Positions 38,880-52,425 of a stretch of DNA of 64,000 nucleotides are shown in pieces. The notes under the pieces were generated by a model, which was given only the letters and a program-made list of their open reading frames with translations, was not told the DNA's origin and did no database searches. The position numbers and the translations under genes were made by a program. The stretch is from Ruditapes philippinarum (lineage: Eukaryota), in contig NW_026860351.1 of NCBI RefSeq assembly GCF_026571515.1, forward strand, positions 1-64,000, read 5' to 3'. The stretch's first letter is position 1. Every line of letters starts with the position of its first letter.

Positions 38880-39486
38880 TTTATATACTGCAATTTTTGC
38901 AAAATTCTTAATGTAACTTCTTGCGACCCAATTTGAAAATGGGTTGAGACCAGATTACATATAAATACAGAGATTGGCAGCTTCTTCTTTCCTTATTTAC
39001 CTTTCTTGCGAATTCTCGCGTTCCCCGGGATTTTCCGAGACTTCCAGCTTGACGTGAAAATCGACGCCATATTGTATTCCAGAAGCGATGTTTATCGATA
39101 GACAAATACTTGTATCTTGAAAATTTATAAAAATAAATTGATTCTTTAAAACAATTTTACGATAAAACTATCGTTAGGTGGTTTCTTCATGTAACCAGAC
39201 CCGTTATAGACGTCAGTAAGGATAAGATAAGGTAAGAAATTGGTAGTGAAAAATATTCTCGATCAATAGCATAGATGGGTGGGGAAAATAATTTAAATCA
39301 TCCTTGTGTTATTCACTTCTGTTACATTAGTAACCGATTTAATGCGAAATATAAAGTAAACTTTTGATTATGTTAACGTTCTAGTTATACTATGATTATT
39401 TGCTTTTAACCGATTAAGAAAAGGTGTGAAATCTGCACACAAAAGAAGGGAATGAGAGTCCATTTTTTATTTAAATTGATTGGCAA

Positions 39487-39855
39487 TTAATTACACATCT
39501 TCGTTCCCTTTTTAGATATAATATCTCTATTTCTTAATACATCATCTAACGCAGAGAGCAACTCTTTCCTTATATCACTATATAATGGACAGTAAAGTAA
39601 TACATGTTTCTCATCTTCTATAGTGTCCGGACAGTTAAAGCATTTTCTATTCATTACATCAATATTTTCATAACGACCTGTTTCTATTCTTAGTGGTGCT
39701 ACACCACATCTGAATTTTGTAAAGGCTGATCTATACATAAATGGCAACTTAGACGTAAGGTACTTTTCAGTGCAGAACTGAGATTTAAACTTCCTGTTAA
39801 TCATGTTAAACTTGACTTTATTCCAAAGTGTAGCTTTGGCTTTAAAGCTGCCCAC
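39487..39855 (-). mobile_element. LINE (CR1/L2-clade) ORF2 3' fragment
   Basis: KFRCGVAPLRIETGRY..RKCFNC..IEDEKHVLLYCPLYSDIR is a typical LINE C-terminal motif. Confidence 0.85.
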
Positions 39856-40985
39856 ATTTTCAAAGTGCTGTTTCTTTTCATAAAAGAATAATGACCAATT
39901 TTACTTCCCCTGTTAAATGTCATTACCCATGATTATAATTTCTTGAAAAATATTACTAATTCAACTCAACTTGACAGCGAAAAAAAATTAGCATAATGCC
40001 TCTTTAAAGTTTTATAATAAACAAGTTGTTAAGTTGTACTACTGTCACTATACTTTGTGCTATTATTCTCTTGTGCTACATTAGTTAGAAAAGTATAGCT
40101 CTACTATAATTATGACGTACGTAATTCTACTTTAAAACTAAATTTAAGGGTTTGGCTAAGTTTTGTTAATTTTCTATTCTGCTAATTTTTAGTTAGGAGT
40201 GTTTCAAGGGTTGTAATATTTTCCCCCGGTTTCACACTTTAAATTAATTTTTTGAAATAAAAATCACATGATGCCAAATCTATGTTTTAAAATTTTATTT
40301 TTAATGCTGGTTTATTATTAAAAGAGTAAGAAAAGTTTATATAAAAATTAACAACTATCATCAAACTTCTGACAGTTAAAACAATAACACTCATGACATA
40401 ATACAAGCAAGCAATCACTATTCGGATATCAAACATTTTTTCATCATTTGAATTGATAATATTTCATGAACAAAGCTCTTTTTCTCATAACTATCATAAT
40501 CTGAATCATGAAATTTATTATATAATCAAATAATTATATAATCACTTCATTCACATTATGGGTTTTGATTAAAACATATTTTGATAAATATAAGGATCAC
40601 ATATATACACAAAATTAGAATATTTATAGAAAAAATACAATGTATAATAACATATGAATGTGTACAGGGTACATAACATGTTCAAACATAAAAGTATCAA
40701 GATACGTATTATTATAGTTTGTCACTTTATAATGATTCATTTTATATTCTTGATGTTGAGCTAGTATACTAGTATTCAATAAACCCTAGCAACTGGTTTC
40801 AATCGGTCACTGAGTTATAAACTAAAGTTCGGATCTTCTTAAGTGTACATGAAGCGTACTGTTTTTAATCAGATTGTGGAATCATTTGTGTAACGCCGTA
40901 CAATTTCACCATATAGTACATAGTTCTTATTTATGTAAATGGTCTTTAATTATCCTGCAATTATCAACAAATTGAAGGTCAGCAT

Positions 40986-43900
40986 CTATGACAGAAAATC
41001 TACTTTTAGGTGTGTGATCTTTTCTGTTGCCTTTTCTGTACATTCAACGTCAATTTCAGTTCCTCCAAATATCATTTTAACTGTAACTTCTCGTCCGGCA
41101 CCACTTTCCCAAGGGAGAAACAGGTTTACACAAAAGGTTTCCCAAATTTTTTTAGAAAACCGACTATTTTTAAAAACCCCCTTGGATTTTTTGTCCATGG
41201 GCCCAAAAAATACCCCTTTCCCCCCAACCCCAAATGTTTGTCTTTAAAAATTATGGTTGTATATGTTTTTTTGGGGTTTTGCCCCTTGGGGCCAAAATTT
41301 TCCAATATCTCCCCCAGCTTCTGTTTATTTCGAGAATACATTTCTACATTTGACTCCAGTATCAGTCTGTTTCATTCTCTCTAATGGATGCTTATCTGCA
41401 TCAAAAGCTACTTGGACATTAGTTCCGTATGTGTATTTGCTGACTCTTTGTGATATAGTTGTTGGACTATGACCATAGATAACAGCTCCTTTGAGAACTG
41501 CTAGCCCAGCTTCGTCTGGAACTATAATTCTCAAGTCAGGAAAGCGACTTCTCACTGTCTCTTGCAGCATTGGTGATTCCGAAAATCCACCCACCATTAC
41601 TATAGCCTCAACTCCTTTATTGCTGCTGCTCTGTAGCAAACCTTTCACATGCTCAATAATGCTTTCAATGGAAGGTTCAAAAAAGCCTTTTACAATAGCT
41701 GCGTCTACTCGCAATTTATCTCCCATCAATTTGACCTGTTGGCGAGAAAGAACTGATTGCATAATAAATTTTAAAAAAAACATGTGTAAATCTAAATACT
41801 AACTAAATAACAGACATTCATATTAAAAGTCAGATACCAGCCTTGCATAACCTTCAAATTTTTAGTGCCTTACAATTTTGTTAGTTATTTTTCATTTTTA
41901 AATTAGTGAATGTGCTATATACACAATTATATTAAGCATCTGTTTACCTTGCTTGAAAACTCTGTCTTCTTTATCACGTGCTGTAACGGTTCGTCCCTCA
42001 TTTCCATTACAGTGTCAGATAGGGCTGCAGGTATTCTGAAAGTAATTTTTGTGTCTTTCTTCGGTCCAATTTCACGCTTCTTAACTTCAAAGTCCCTAAA
42101 CAATTCAAGGTAGTCTTCCATGTTTTTGTCTCTGAACATTGGCATCACATCGGCACCTAGATGTTTTAAAATAATTATAATAGAATATGTAACAATGAAC
42201 TACAGAAACTTTTATTATGTTAGCGTTTTTTTAAGTTTTCCTAAGCTAAGCTTATGTAATAACCATAAAATTTAGATCTTTGAAGCCGTTTTCTTCAGTT
42301 AACATTAAAACGCTGATATTTTAAACATATCCCTCGTTTTAATCAATATACGATATCAGATGTTACAAAAGCGGAGAAAAGCATTGATTGAAAAAATAAA
42401 AAAATAAGATAAATTACATTTGCTTTATTTTCTCATCCGTATCAAAATAATATAGAACATGAATATACAATGTAATTATCATATAATGTTTAAAGCATAT
42501 TAACCGACAAATTAATTTGTTTCTTTTTTATGCAATATAATTTGTTACCTGGTCCTGCAATTTCATTCAAAAACCGGAAGAAAGCGTCGTCAACTTGTAC
42601 CCCTCCCCATGCTCCTCCGCTGGCTTTATCCAATTCTTTAAGATGACCACCGCTCATCACCTCGTGAACAGTGATGTCCACTGTTCCACCTGTAATAGTT
42701 AATTAAAATAGGGCAAATGGGTTTTAAAAAGCGTTATGAAAATGATCATTCCGAACAAAGCCTTAACTGTGCTACACATTTGAGAGAAAGTCACTGCAAT
42801 GTGTTATTCTAGTGTCAATAGAATTTATATGGTGCACAAAGATTCAATCATTCTCTACAATATTTGATCATTAGACGATTCATCGCATATTGGCATTAGT
42901 TTTAAATTGTAGCTGTTTTTGTACATACATAGAAATAATAATATTCACGTATGGTCTGTTATATGCATTAATACTCGTAGTACAAGATTAAGATTTATAC
43001 ATCTTACAAAAGGGAAATGTTACGAAGTACAACATAAGGAAGAAAAATATATCATAATATAAAGATACCTCCTGCATCAAGAACCAGATACCGTTTACCA
43101 GGCCCGAATGTCGCCAACGAAGTTTTACTACTTCCACATTTTTCCACAGGTAGATGGCGGCAATATAAACTTGCAGCTTCCGGTTCCAATGCAATAGTAA
43201 GCATGTCTTCGGATATACCAGCCTTTGGATAAAATTGAAAAGTAAAATGAAACTTAAAAAGATAAATATTATGACAGCATGGAATATATATTTTGCCAAC
43301 ATGAAACAGTGGGTTAATGTTTAACAGATATTTAAGATAATGCATTCGTTGTTATAGTTTCACATGATACATTTCAAAATTACAAGGAAATAATCAAAAT
43401 CTCATATCATTATGTTTCTTAATAATGATGACATATTTAGCATTTAGCTAACAAAAAGAGAACAGAAATATTATTAACAGTTTCGTTGAGGATGTAAGAA
43501 TTCTTTATGAACTAATCAATTCTGGTTTCAATAACTTATACCTTCATACACCCACTTTATTAAAACTTTGTATAACTTCTGTAAACAAATATGCTGTAAT
43601 ATGTACTTGTGCCTGTGATATATGAATTGAAGAGGCTTTGGTATTGTCCATTCACTGAATCAATAACCGTCAAAATAATATCCCTGCATTAAATTTAATT
43701 CAAAATTAGCATCAATGTGAATGTTATTCAAACGTTACATAATTCCAAGTGCATGAATCAGTATCAGTTGTAATAATTAATGCAAACACATAAGTTCAAT
43801 TGGCAAAGGGACAAATTTAAAGTTCAATGATTGATTTCAACTCATAGTGCAAGTGCGACATAAACATCAAAGTAATACTTGACCTGCTGAGCAGCTTCTC

Positions 43901-46184
43901 TCATGAACTGTTTGGCAGCATCATTCCAGATAGCGGGTACTGTGAGGACCCAGTGAATGTCCTTATCTTGAAGACCCCCACCAGCAATGCGGGATTCCGA
44001 CAACTTGATGAGGTCGTCTTTTAGATATTTAATTGACAGAGAAAATACTGTTTTGGCTAACAACTTCTTCCTTCCGCTTGCGTCTTCTAACATAAGATTT
44101 CTTCCAAATCCCTGATACGAAAATAGGCCAAATAATGTTGCACTGTGTCATACGCATATGATTTAAGAATCATGCCTTTGTATGTTCATCTACTGAATGA
44201 GAATTTTTAACTGGATCTACGGGTGTGAATCAAATGCTTGTGATTAAAGTGTCGGAACTACGAAATTGAAATTACCCGTGTACAGACTGTTTTCATTCTT
44301 TTTTTAAAGAGGGATGGCGTTTACATCGCACCAACAAAATAAAGGTTATCCTGTAAGGAAACATTGCATGAACCTATAAGCCAACCACCTATCTGATGAT
44401 ATTGTCTTAAAACGAATACCTTTGATGTAGAATTTACAACACTTTCTGCATACTTATTCTACAACTTATAATAGTCTACTTTCGAAACGTTTTATGCGAA
44501 AATAGATATATATAAAAGGATGGACGCCAACTTTTGATATGAAAGTATATTACCTGTCCAAAAAGATTCATTTTAAATCTCTTGAAAAAATACCACCCGC
44601 CATGCTCGCCATCACACGCGAGGTCAGCATATTTACTTTCAGCTTCATATCCAAAACTGTGAAGTGTTACACCATCAGGTTCTATTAAAGCACATGTTGG
44701 CCCTGAAACAGTTCGATCAGTGGTTCATATTTCTAGTTTTGTTTAAAAGACATGTTCTCTTATATTATACAAATTAATCACTCTGGTGATCATGAGGTTG
44801 TTTTGCATGCATCAGAAAACTTACGTCTACATTGTAAGATTTTGTAATAGCATCATTGAAAATTTCTTTTCTTTTTTTCCCCTAGAAAATGATGTAAAAT
44901 TTACAATATGTCTTATGATTGAATTTGTTTAAAATTTTATTTCTATTGTAGAAAGACAAATCTCACCTTTTAGGGAAACAAGTTGTCCACCTGTCCAGTT
45001 TTTTGCTGACACTTTGGTGGCATCTCTTTCAAACTCATGCTTAAAAGAAAACGCCCAGCCTGAATAGGTCGTTCCAAAATCTATTGCTGCCACTAATAAT
45101 GAATTACCGGCCTGAAAAAATTATTTGATTCTTTTACTTTACTTTTAAAGAGAAAAGAATTGTTAAGAAATGAAAGTTAAGAAACTTCTAAAATAAAGAA
45201 CATGTAAAGTAAAGATTATCCAACAGAAGTTCAGTGGATGCATGGGTGATTTGAGTCACGTTGATACAAGCTGTTTCTGCAAAATTTAGCAAACTCAATA
45301 TTGTCAAATATCAACGGATTTCAAAATATTCGGTATTGTCGCAAATTGAACAGATCCGTTGCAAAATTAAGTGTCAACGAGGCAAACTGCAGTAAATAGT
45401 TTGAACTATTCGACGGAAACAAATCAAAATCGATATAATGAATTAAAATACTTCCTGTTTTGCTTGAGAAGTTTATAAAGGAACATTTTACCAGATCTTT
45501 TATACTCGATAGCCAAACAAATATTCTTGAAGATAATAATAAATCCATCCTAAAACAATACAGTCAAGTCATTATAAATACACTGCCCAATTGTGTATAA
45601 TAATGGCAATCACATGCGAAAATTAGACGAAAATAATTGCACTTTATGGTTACATTCAATTAGTACCATTATTGCAGATTTACACAAAAATAGCATTTTA
45701 AAAGGTCTATTGGAACTAGAGGGAAAATATTCGTCCTTCTGAAAATAGGTCGTATATGTAAGAGTGGTTTTGTCGGGAGGACAATGCTTTGTTATAAATG
45801 TATTTGTGTCTCTACAATAAGCAGTTAAGATTAACTTACAAATTTTTTTCATCATCTATTATTTATTTAGTGTTTTGATACGAATTGGTTTGATTGTGAT
45901 AAATATCCTTTCGGCCATTTTGAATCATGTAATCACTAATCATCTAGATTTAAAATATTTTCGTGGCAATGTTTGATCATTTTAATCTTAACGACAGAAA
46001 CACAGTTTTAACAGATTAAACTTTTTATTACAAAAGCTAAAAACAAAACCTTAACGCCATTGGCTATCTAAACATCACAGAAAAATCGGTGGAATGTAAT
46101 GAAATAAAAATTATATTAAATAGCATAATAAATAAAAACTTAACAATTAAAATTCACAAATAAAGCATAAAATGTGCTTACCAT
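40986..46184 (-). CDS. HSPA12: Heat shock 70 kDa protein 12 (HSPA12A/B-like); exons 46184-46182 (ATG), 45111-44967, 44702-44554, 44111-43884, 43222-43069, 42689-42549, 42156-41948, 41735-40986
   Basis: Motifs VAAIDFGTTYSG, WVLTVPAIWNDAAKQFMREAA, IALEPEAASLYC, VLDAGGGTVDIT, MVGGFSESP and FGGTEI. All introns are GT-AG with compatible phases. The last exon is garbled at ~41130-41330. Confidence 0.92.
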
Positions 46185-46528
46185 GACATCCGAGTAACTA
46201 TGTTCTTGCAAGACTTGCACGGAATGCTACGTTCGTTATTTCCGATGGAATTTACTCCCGCTTTTTATTTCAGATTAGAACCTGTTGACACATGCAGCAT
46301 ATTAACAATATGACCGGACAATGATATTTTTTCTGTTGTCCTTTGTTGTCATATTTAAAAACTTAAGGATGTACTATAGGTTCATCTGCGCTAAAATATG
46401 CATATGAAATTTTATTCATATATTTAATGGTACAAGTCAAAGATTAAGCTTTGTGATTAAATCTGAGATAAGATATAGTAAAACAAACAAAAATAATAGT
46501 TATAACGGGTAACCTACATGCAATATCT

Positions 46529-49436
46529 CACGGGGAGGAATCACGCCGTTCGTTACCCAAACAAACAAGATGGCGGATGCGGCCAAAAAGTAGGATTTTC
46601 CCTTTTTTCTCTGAAATTCATGATGTTCTTGTGTAAAGGTACATATAACAACCTTCTCCACAATTTTCCTGGCACACAGACATTTATTTCATGGTGTTTT
46701 GTCCCGTACTTCTTCTGAAATGTGCGTCACCAGATTCGAAGCGAGAGAATTTTCCACCGGTTTGATCGTGGTAACGTACGACTTCTTCACTCAAATTCGC
46801 TGTTTCTTTTACATATATGTATATTAACTGAAACCACTGACTTTAAAAAGTTGTAATATGTTGTCAAGTAATCATTCATGCCCATTTTGGCTAGATTTAC
46901 TGGTGTAAATATTAATATCGGGGCATTTTCCGGAAATGATAACGTATGGCGCATAAAATATTAATGATAACGTACGGCGCATTTTTTTACTTGGTGGATT
47001 TCTATTTGTCGAGTCAGCTGATAATAAATTATTTGTATGTAGGAAATGATAGATATTTGTCATCTCAGAAATAAATTATTGAACAATGCTGCACCATCGG
47101 ATATCAATATCTTTCTAGCTGGTGGCATAATAGATATTCGTTGTAAATATACCAAGTAAAACACACGTTTATAGTTTGAGAATATTTTTGTATAAAATGC
47201 AGAATGGAAAGATTTGTGTATTGTTGTCTTCACATTGAATTTCGCCAGTGCTGTGCGATAATTATGGTCTTATCCCCTTATCAGAAAGAAGAAATGCATT
47301 CACCAGAGCAAAAATGTTAAAATGGTACGGAAGACTTGATATATTTTCTTTTCCAAAATTACTTTAACAAATTACTGATAAGAAAATCTTAATATTTGAA
47401 CCACGTCAAACATAAACAAAACGAAAAGTGATTGCGACTAGCTTACACCCAGATGAGATGAGCCTGTGTTTATACAATCTGGTCGCTCATTAAAAGAAAA
47501 TTCATAAAAGAGAATAATGAATGAGTATAGGTTCTATATTGAATTTATTGAATTAGTTAGAAAATAATGTTTTGCGAAAAAGTTCAATAAATTTATTAAA
47601 TAAGAAATTTCCAGTTTATTTGACGAAACGTTTTCTATTAGCGTAGCGTGACGTTGTGTCACTATGACGTCAGATATATTTGCACGACATATCCGTACAG
47701 TTTTTTATTATAATTGATTTGATCAAAACAATTACATCCAATTCATAAATTTGCCTATCATATTTTGGCGTTTTTTTTCTCGCAAACGCCCCAACAAAAA
47801 CAATCAATCTCTTACAAAATAGTATTGCAGGTATCAGCAATAAAAGAGTGTCATTGAAATTTGCGGTAAACATTTTACCGACCATGATAAAGTTTCAAAT
47901 CGGATTTGGATTTCGATGTTTTATCCATGTCCGAGAACCCGTCTGAAATCATTAAAGCTAGACCGCTCATGAATGCGCTCAGATGACGTCATTATCTTTA
48001 TGAAAGAACAGCTGTAAAAATTACTACGCTACTATGATAATAGTGTGTACGAAGTATATGTTAGTAACATATACTTCGTAAACACTATTATCATAGTAGC
48101 GTAGTAATCAGTTAGTGTTCATCTGTGTTGTTCTACAGAATTTAGAAACTTTGACAGGAGCGATAGCGGCCGGAGAATGTTTCTTATTTCCGTAGAACAG
48201 CTACGGATGAATACTAACATACTTAGTGTCAAGCTTTATTTGGCTTCATTAATATTTACTTTCTTTCGTCACTTTACTTGTCTATTTTACGAACACGGTT
48301 CTATTAAGCACTATGAAAAATAGAAGTTTATGTAGTGTCCAAATTTATTTCTCACCCAATGAAAGCGCTGTATTTCTTAAAAAAATATGTGCGTTAATTT
48401 TCATTGAAGAACAAAAGACGATACTTTATTGAATTCCGTTCATAGTCGATTATAATTCATAGCACAGCATAGTGACGTAATAAAGTGCCAAAAAAGCTTG
48501 ACACTTAGTATGTTAGTATTCATCCGTAGCTGTTCTACAGAAATAAAACATCCTTCTGTCGCTATCGCTCCCGTCAAAATCTATAATTTCTATAGAACAG
48601 TACGGATGATCACTAACATATACATAGATATTTGAAATTTGCGATCAAGTTTCACTTTTGACGAAACTTTAAGATCCCCAAAGGTGGAAAAGTTGCTCTA
48701 TATTCGACTATGATATGCAAGAAAGCATATCACTCGTGATTACCTATCGGATTTTAATATCCATCCCACTGGCACCTGCACAAGGGCTTAAGTTAGCAAG
48801 CATCGTTACAGCCCATTGCGAAAGAGCCCTCGGATCGGATATTTCTATCCGTTACAAAAACACATGACATATATTATGCAAACACTAAATAATATTCAGT
48901 TTCTTTATTTCGTTCTACACATTCTCTTATGTCTGGTTAACATAACTTTTCTCTTATATAGAAAATCAATTAAGCAGACAAAAATGCACCGTACGTTATC
49001 ATTGTTATTTTGTGCGCCATACGTTTTCATTTCCGGAAAATGCCCCGATTTAATATTTTCAGCGGTTATTCTAGCCAGAATGAGCATGAATGCTTAGATG
49101 CCGACATATTACAACTTTTTAATGTCAGTGGTTTCAGTAAATATACATATATGTAAACGAAACAGTGAATTTTAGAGAAGAAGCCGTACGTTACCACGAT
49201 CAAACCGGTGGAAAATTCTCTCGCTTCGAATCTGGTGACGCGCATTTCAGAAGAAGTACGGGACGAAACACCATGAAATAAATTTCTGTGTGCCAGGAAA
49301 ATTGCGGAGAAGGTTGTTATATGTACCTTTACACATGAACATCACGAATTTCAGAGAAAAAAGGGAAAATCCTACTTTTTGGCCGCATCCGCCATCTTGT
49401 TTGTTTGGGTAACGAACGGCGTGATTCCTCCATGTG
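46529..49436. mobile_element. Non-autonomous DNA transposon with ~455-bp TIRs, Chapaev (CMC)-like
   Basis: Termini CAC..GTG, TIRs 46529-~46985 and ~48980-49436, 4-bp TSD ATCT on both sides. Confidence 0.8.
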
Positions 49437-50655
49437 ATCTACAATATCTATAAACCTCGGGTATTTTGTTTACGAGCTCCACACCACTGAGGACTTAAAA
49501 CCGTAGATTAAGCTTTGTGATATACCCGTAAGATAAGATATAAATAAAAGTTATAACGGGTAACCTACATGCAATATCTAAAAATGTCGACTTTTTGTTA
49601 AAGTAATTTCATTCCACTGAGGCCTGAAAACCGTTTACATAATTATAATTTGAGAATATTTCGTCGATTATTATTATTATTATAAAAATACAATGAAAAA
49701 TAGAACTATTTCAATAAAATGGTTATGTTTAAGTCAATTATAATAATCTATTTTTTTTAGATATATATAAACTCACGAAGATAATGAAATAAAATTGTTT
49801 ACTTCTAAGGCTAAGCACTAACCGTTCCTATGCTATACTGAAAAAAAACAAAACAAATTATTATATCATAATAATGATGTTTAAGTTTAAACTGTATATA
49901 TATTAACTAAAATTTAAAATTTAAAATAAATGTCATTTTCAGAAAACTTACTTTTCTCTTCTCTGAAATCTTTTGTAAAATTAACTAGGAAGTAAATTGG
50001 TTTCCGCGAAGAATGTGTCTATCTATACTAGATATTTTTATCAATTATGACTCGGTGAACTGTGCTTTTCTAGTGTTATCAAATTTGAAACTAGATTAAG
50101 AGCTTGCATAAGTCCCATTTCAAATTATCGCCCAAACTGTTATCTAGATGTAAGGCTAGATTTGTCGGTGATGGAATAGCCATATATTCGATTTTGTCTT
50201 GTTTGGAATTCATACCAAATAGTAGTATTAGTTGAAGTTGGGGACCATTATAGAAATAGTATTCATTAAACAAACACAATTCATATTAAGATAAGTAGAA
50301 AAAAAAAATTTGATGCGGAACGTACGGTGTCCAGTAAGGGCCATCGCAACACACACATAACCCGAAACAACGAAAACACGACATTACGATCATAGTCAAA
50401 AGTGAAAATAACCAAACCACGACGGTTAAAAGTGGAAAGTAGGATGGTGAAAAGTCGAAATAGCAAAACCACGATGGTAAAAAAATCCGATATAATTTCG
50501 TGTTTTCTCCATCGTACTTTTTACATGTCACCATCGTTGTTTCGTTATTTCGAATTATGTTAGTGCATATTATAAGTAGTATGGTTTTAAGATCAAAGTA
50601 TATCGAAAATAATAATGCCGATGAACTGTTAGCCTTAATAACGCTTTTTATAATA

Positions 50656-51730
50656 AAACTCAAGTTTCCTCTAGCAGCTTTTGCCACACAAAGCATAAGT
50701 GCTGACTTCCTTTACCCTATATTGTGGACTGCCATTTCCCTGCTCGAAATCCATTTGAAATTAAAGGTACTTTTCCTAACTTGTGACGGTGCAAGTGCCA
50801 ATAGAAAGTTTTTTAACATGCATAAATTTCCAGGAATTGAAATAGTGCATTACTCCATCAATCCATTTGATTCATCGAGAAAAGTGTATTTCATTTCGGA
50901 TGTACCACACCTACTTAAAACAGCAAGAAACTGTTTCAGTAATTCTTTTTCTCATAAAAACACACGCCGTATGTGGAGAAACGGAAAAGATATCTCTTGG
51001 ATGCATGTAGTCAGACTATTTGAAGATCATTGTGAGTTTAGCATGTTTATATACACCTGTCCCTAAATTAACTAGGAAGCATGTAGACTCGAATGCCTTT
51101 TCATACATGAAAGTGAGCCTAGCAGCCCAGGTCTTTAGTGACAGTGTAGCCTATGCATTAGAAGATTTATACGGAGAAGAAATTACGGAAACTGTATCAT
51201 TTATCAAGATTATGAACAAGTTCTTTGACATTTTAAACGTCAGATCTTTCGTAGAGGGTAGAAATAAAAGGAATAGTAACCTAAACCCCTTCTTTTCCAC
51301 AAATGACCAAAGGCTCAGTTGGCTAGTGGGGGACTTTAAAAATTATTTTCGTGACTGGGAAAGTAGCATTGACCAACGCTAGGGAAACTTCACTAAAAAG
51401 GAAAAGGTCAGCATGGGCCTAAGCCATCAGACTCTTACTGGATTAGAGATAACAGTAAACTCTATTTGTGAGTGTACAAAATTCATGTTGAACAAAGGAG
51501 CTAAGTTTATTTTGACTTCTGTTTTCAATCAAGATCCCCTTGAGCAACACTTTGGCCACTACCGACATAAAGGGGGTCACAATAGAAACCCAACCGTCGA
51601 TGAAGTAAGACACATACTGACAAGTATCAGAACTGTTGGAGCCCAAGCTCTTGCACCAAGACATGGCAACACATTAGTTGACCGGGGGGATTATGTGATT
51701 GACGATTCAAAGCTACCAAGAAGACGCTAA
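50656..51730 (+). pseudogene. P-element/THAP9-like transposase, 5'-truncated, with frameshift (~51050) and stop (51380-51382)
   Basis: LTCDGASANRKF, FISDVPHLLKTARN, MKVSLAAQVFS, NKFFDILN and NQDPLEQHFG..R.KGG.NRNP, spread over three ORFs. Confidence 0.9.
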
Positions 51731-51899
51731 GAAATTGAAAGTGATTATTACATGATTGAAATGTTGTTTAAATGACTTTAAAATTGTATATTGTGCAATT
51801 CTGTATATACCTAAAAGTTCTAAGGAAAATATATTTGTGTATAAATGTATATATAAATTACCATCATTTTTAGTTGCAAGTAACCAAGATTTGCATTAA

Positions 51900-52269
51900 A
51901 GGGACTCCACTGAGGTTTAAAAGCATAAAAACATAACATTTGAATTTCTTACATAAATGAGCTGGGGCACTTTAAACAGAAATATATGCAAAGATAGTTT
52001 AGAAATATACTTTAAAATAAACTGAAAATCGTATTTTCATGCTTGTTTTAGCCCTATTTGAGTGAAAAGCGTTTAAACGCTTTTCATTTTGGGTCATTTT
52101 TTACAATATGAATAAATATTCTGGAAAAATGAAGTGTGCGATTGGTCTGTAATTTTGCACAAAGATTAGTGGTCTAAACCTACATCAAATGGTACATCTA
52201 TCTGGAAAAACTATTTTCAGTCCCATCAAAACCTCAGTGGAGTCCCATCAAAACCTCAGTGGAGTCCCT
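51900..52269. mobile_element. Kolobok-type MITE
   Basis: TTAA TSD on both sides; TIR AGGGACTCCACTGAGGTTT / AAACCTCAGTGGAGTCCCT; right TIR core tandemly duplicated. Confidence 0.8.
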
Positions 52270-52425
52270 TTAAGATTAAGATGGTTTTAAAACATCTGTC
52301 TCCAGATATGTATAAAATTGTGATATTCATTTCTAATAATTTAATTCCAAGGCAGTGCAGTGCACTTATTACTGCTTTCCAATACTCTTCCAAGCACTTG
52401 GCAATTTTTACAGTTAATAAAAAGT

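Noticed and set aside
50091-50279. Possible reverse-transcriptase fragment (LGDNLKWDL)
   Set aside because: The match is too short to call confidently.
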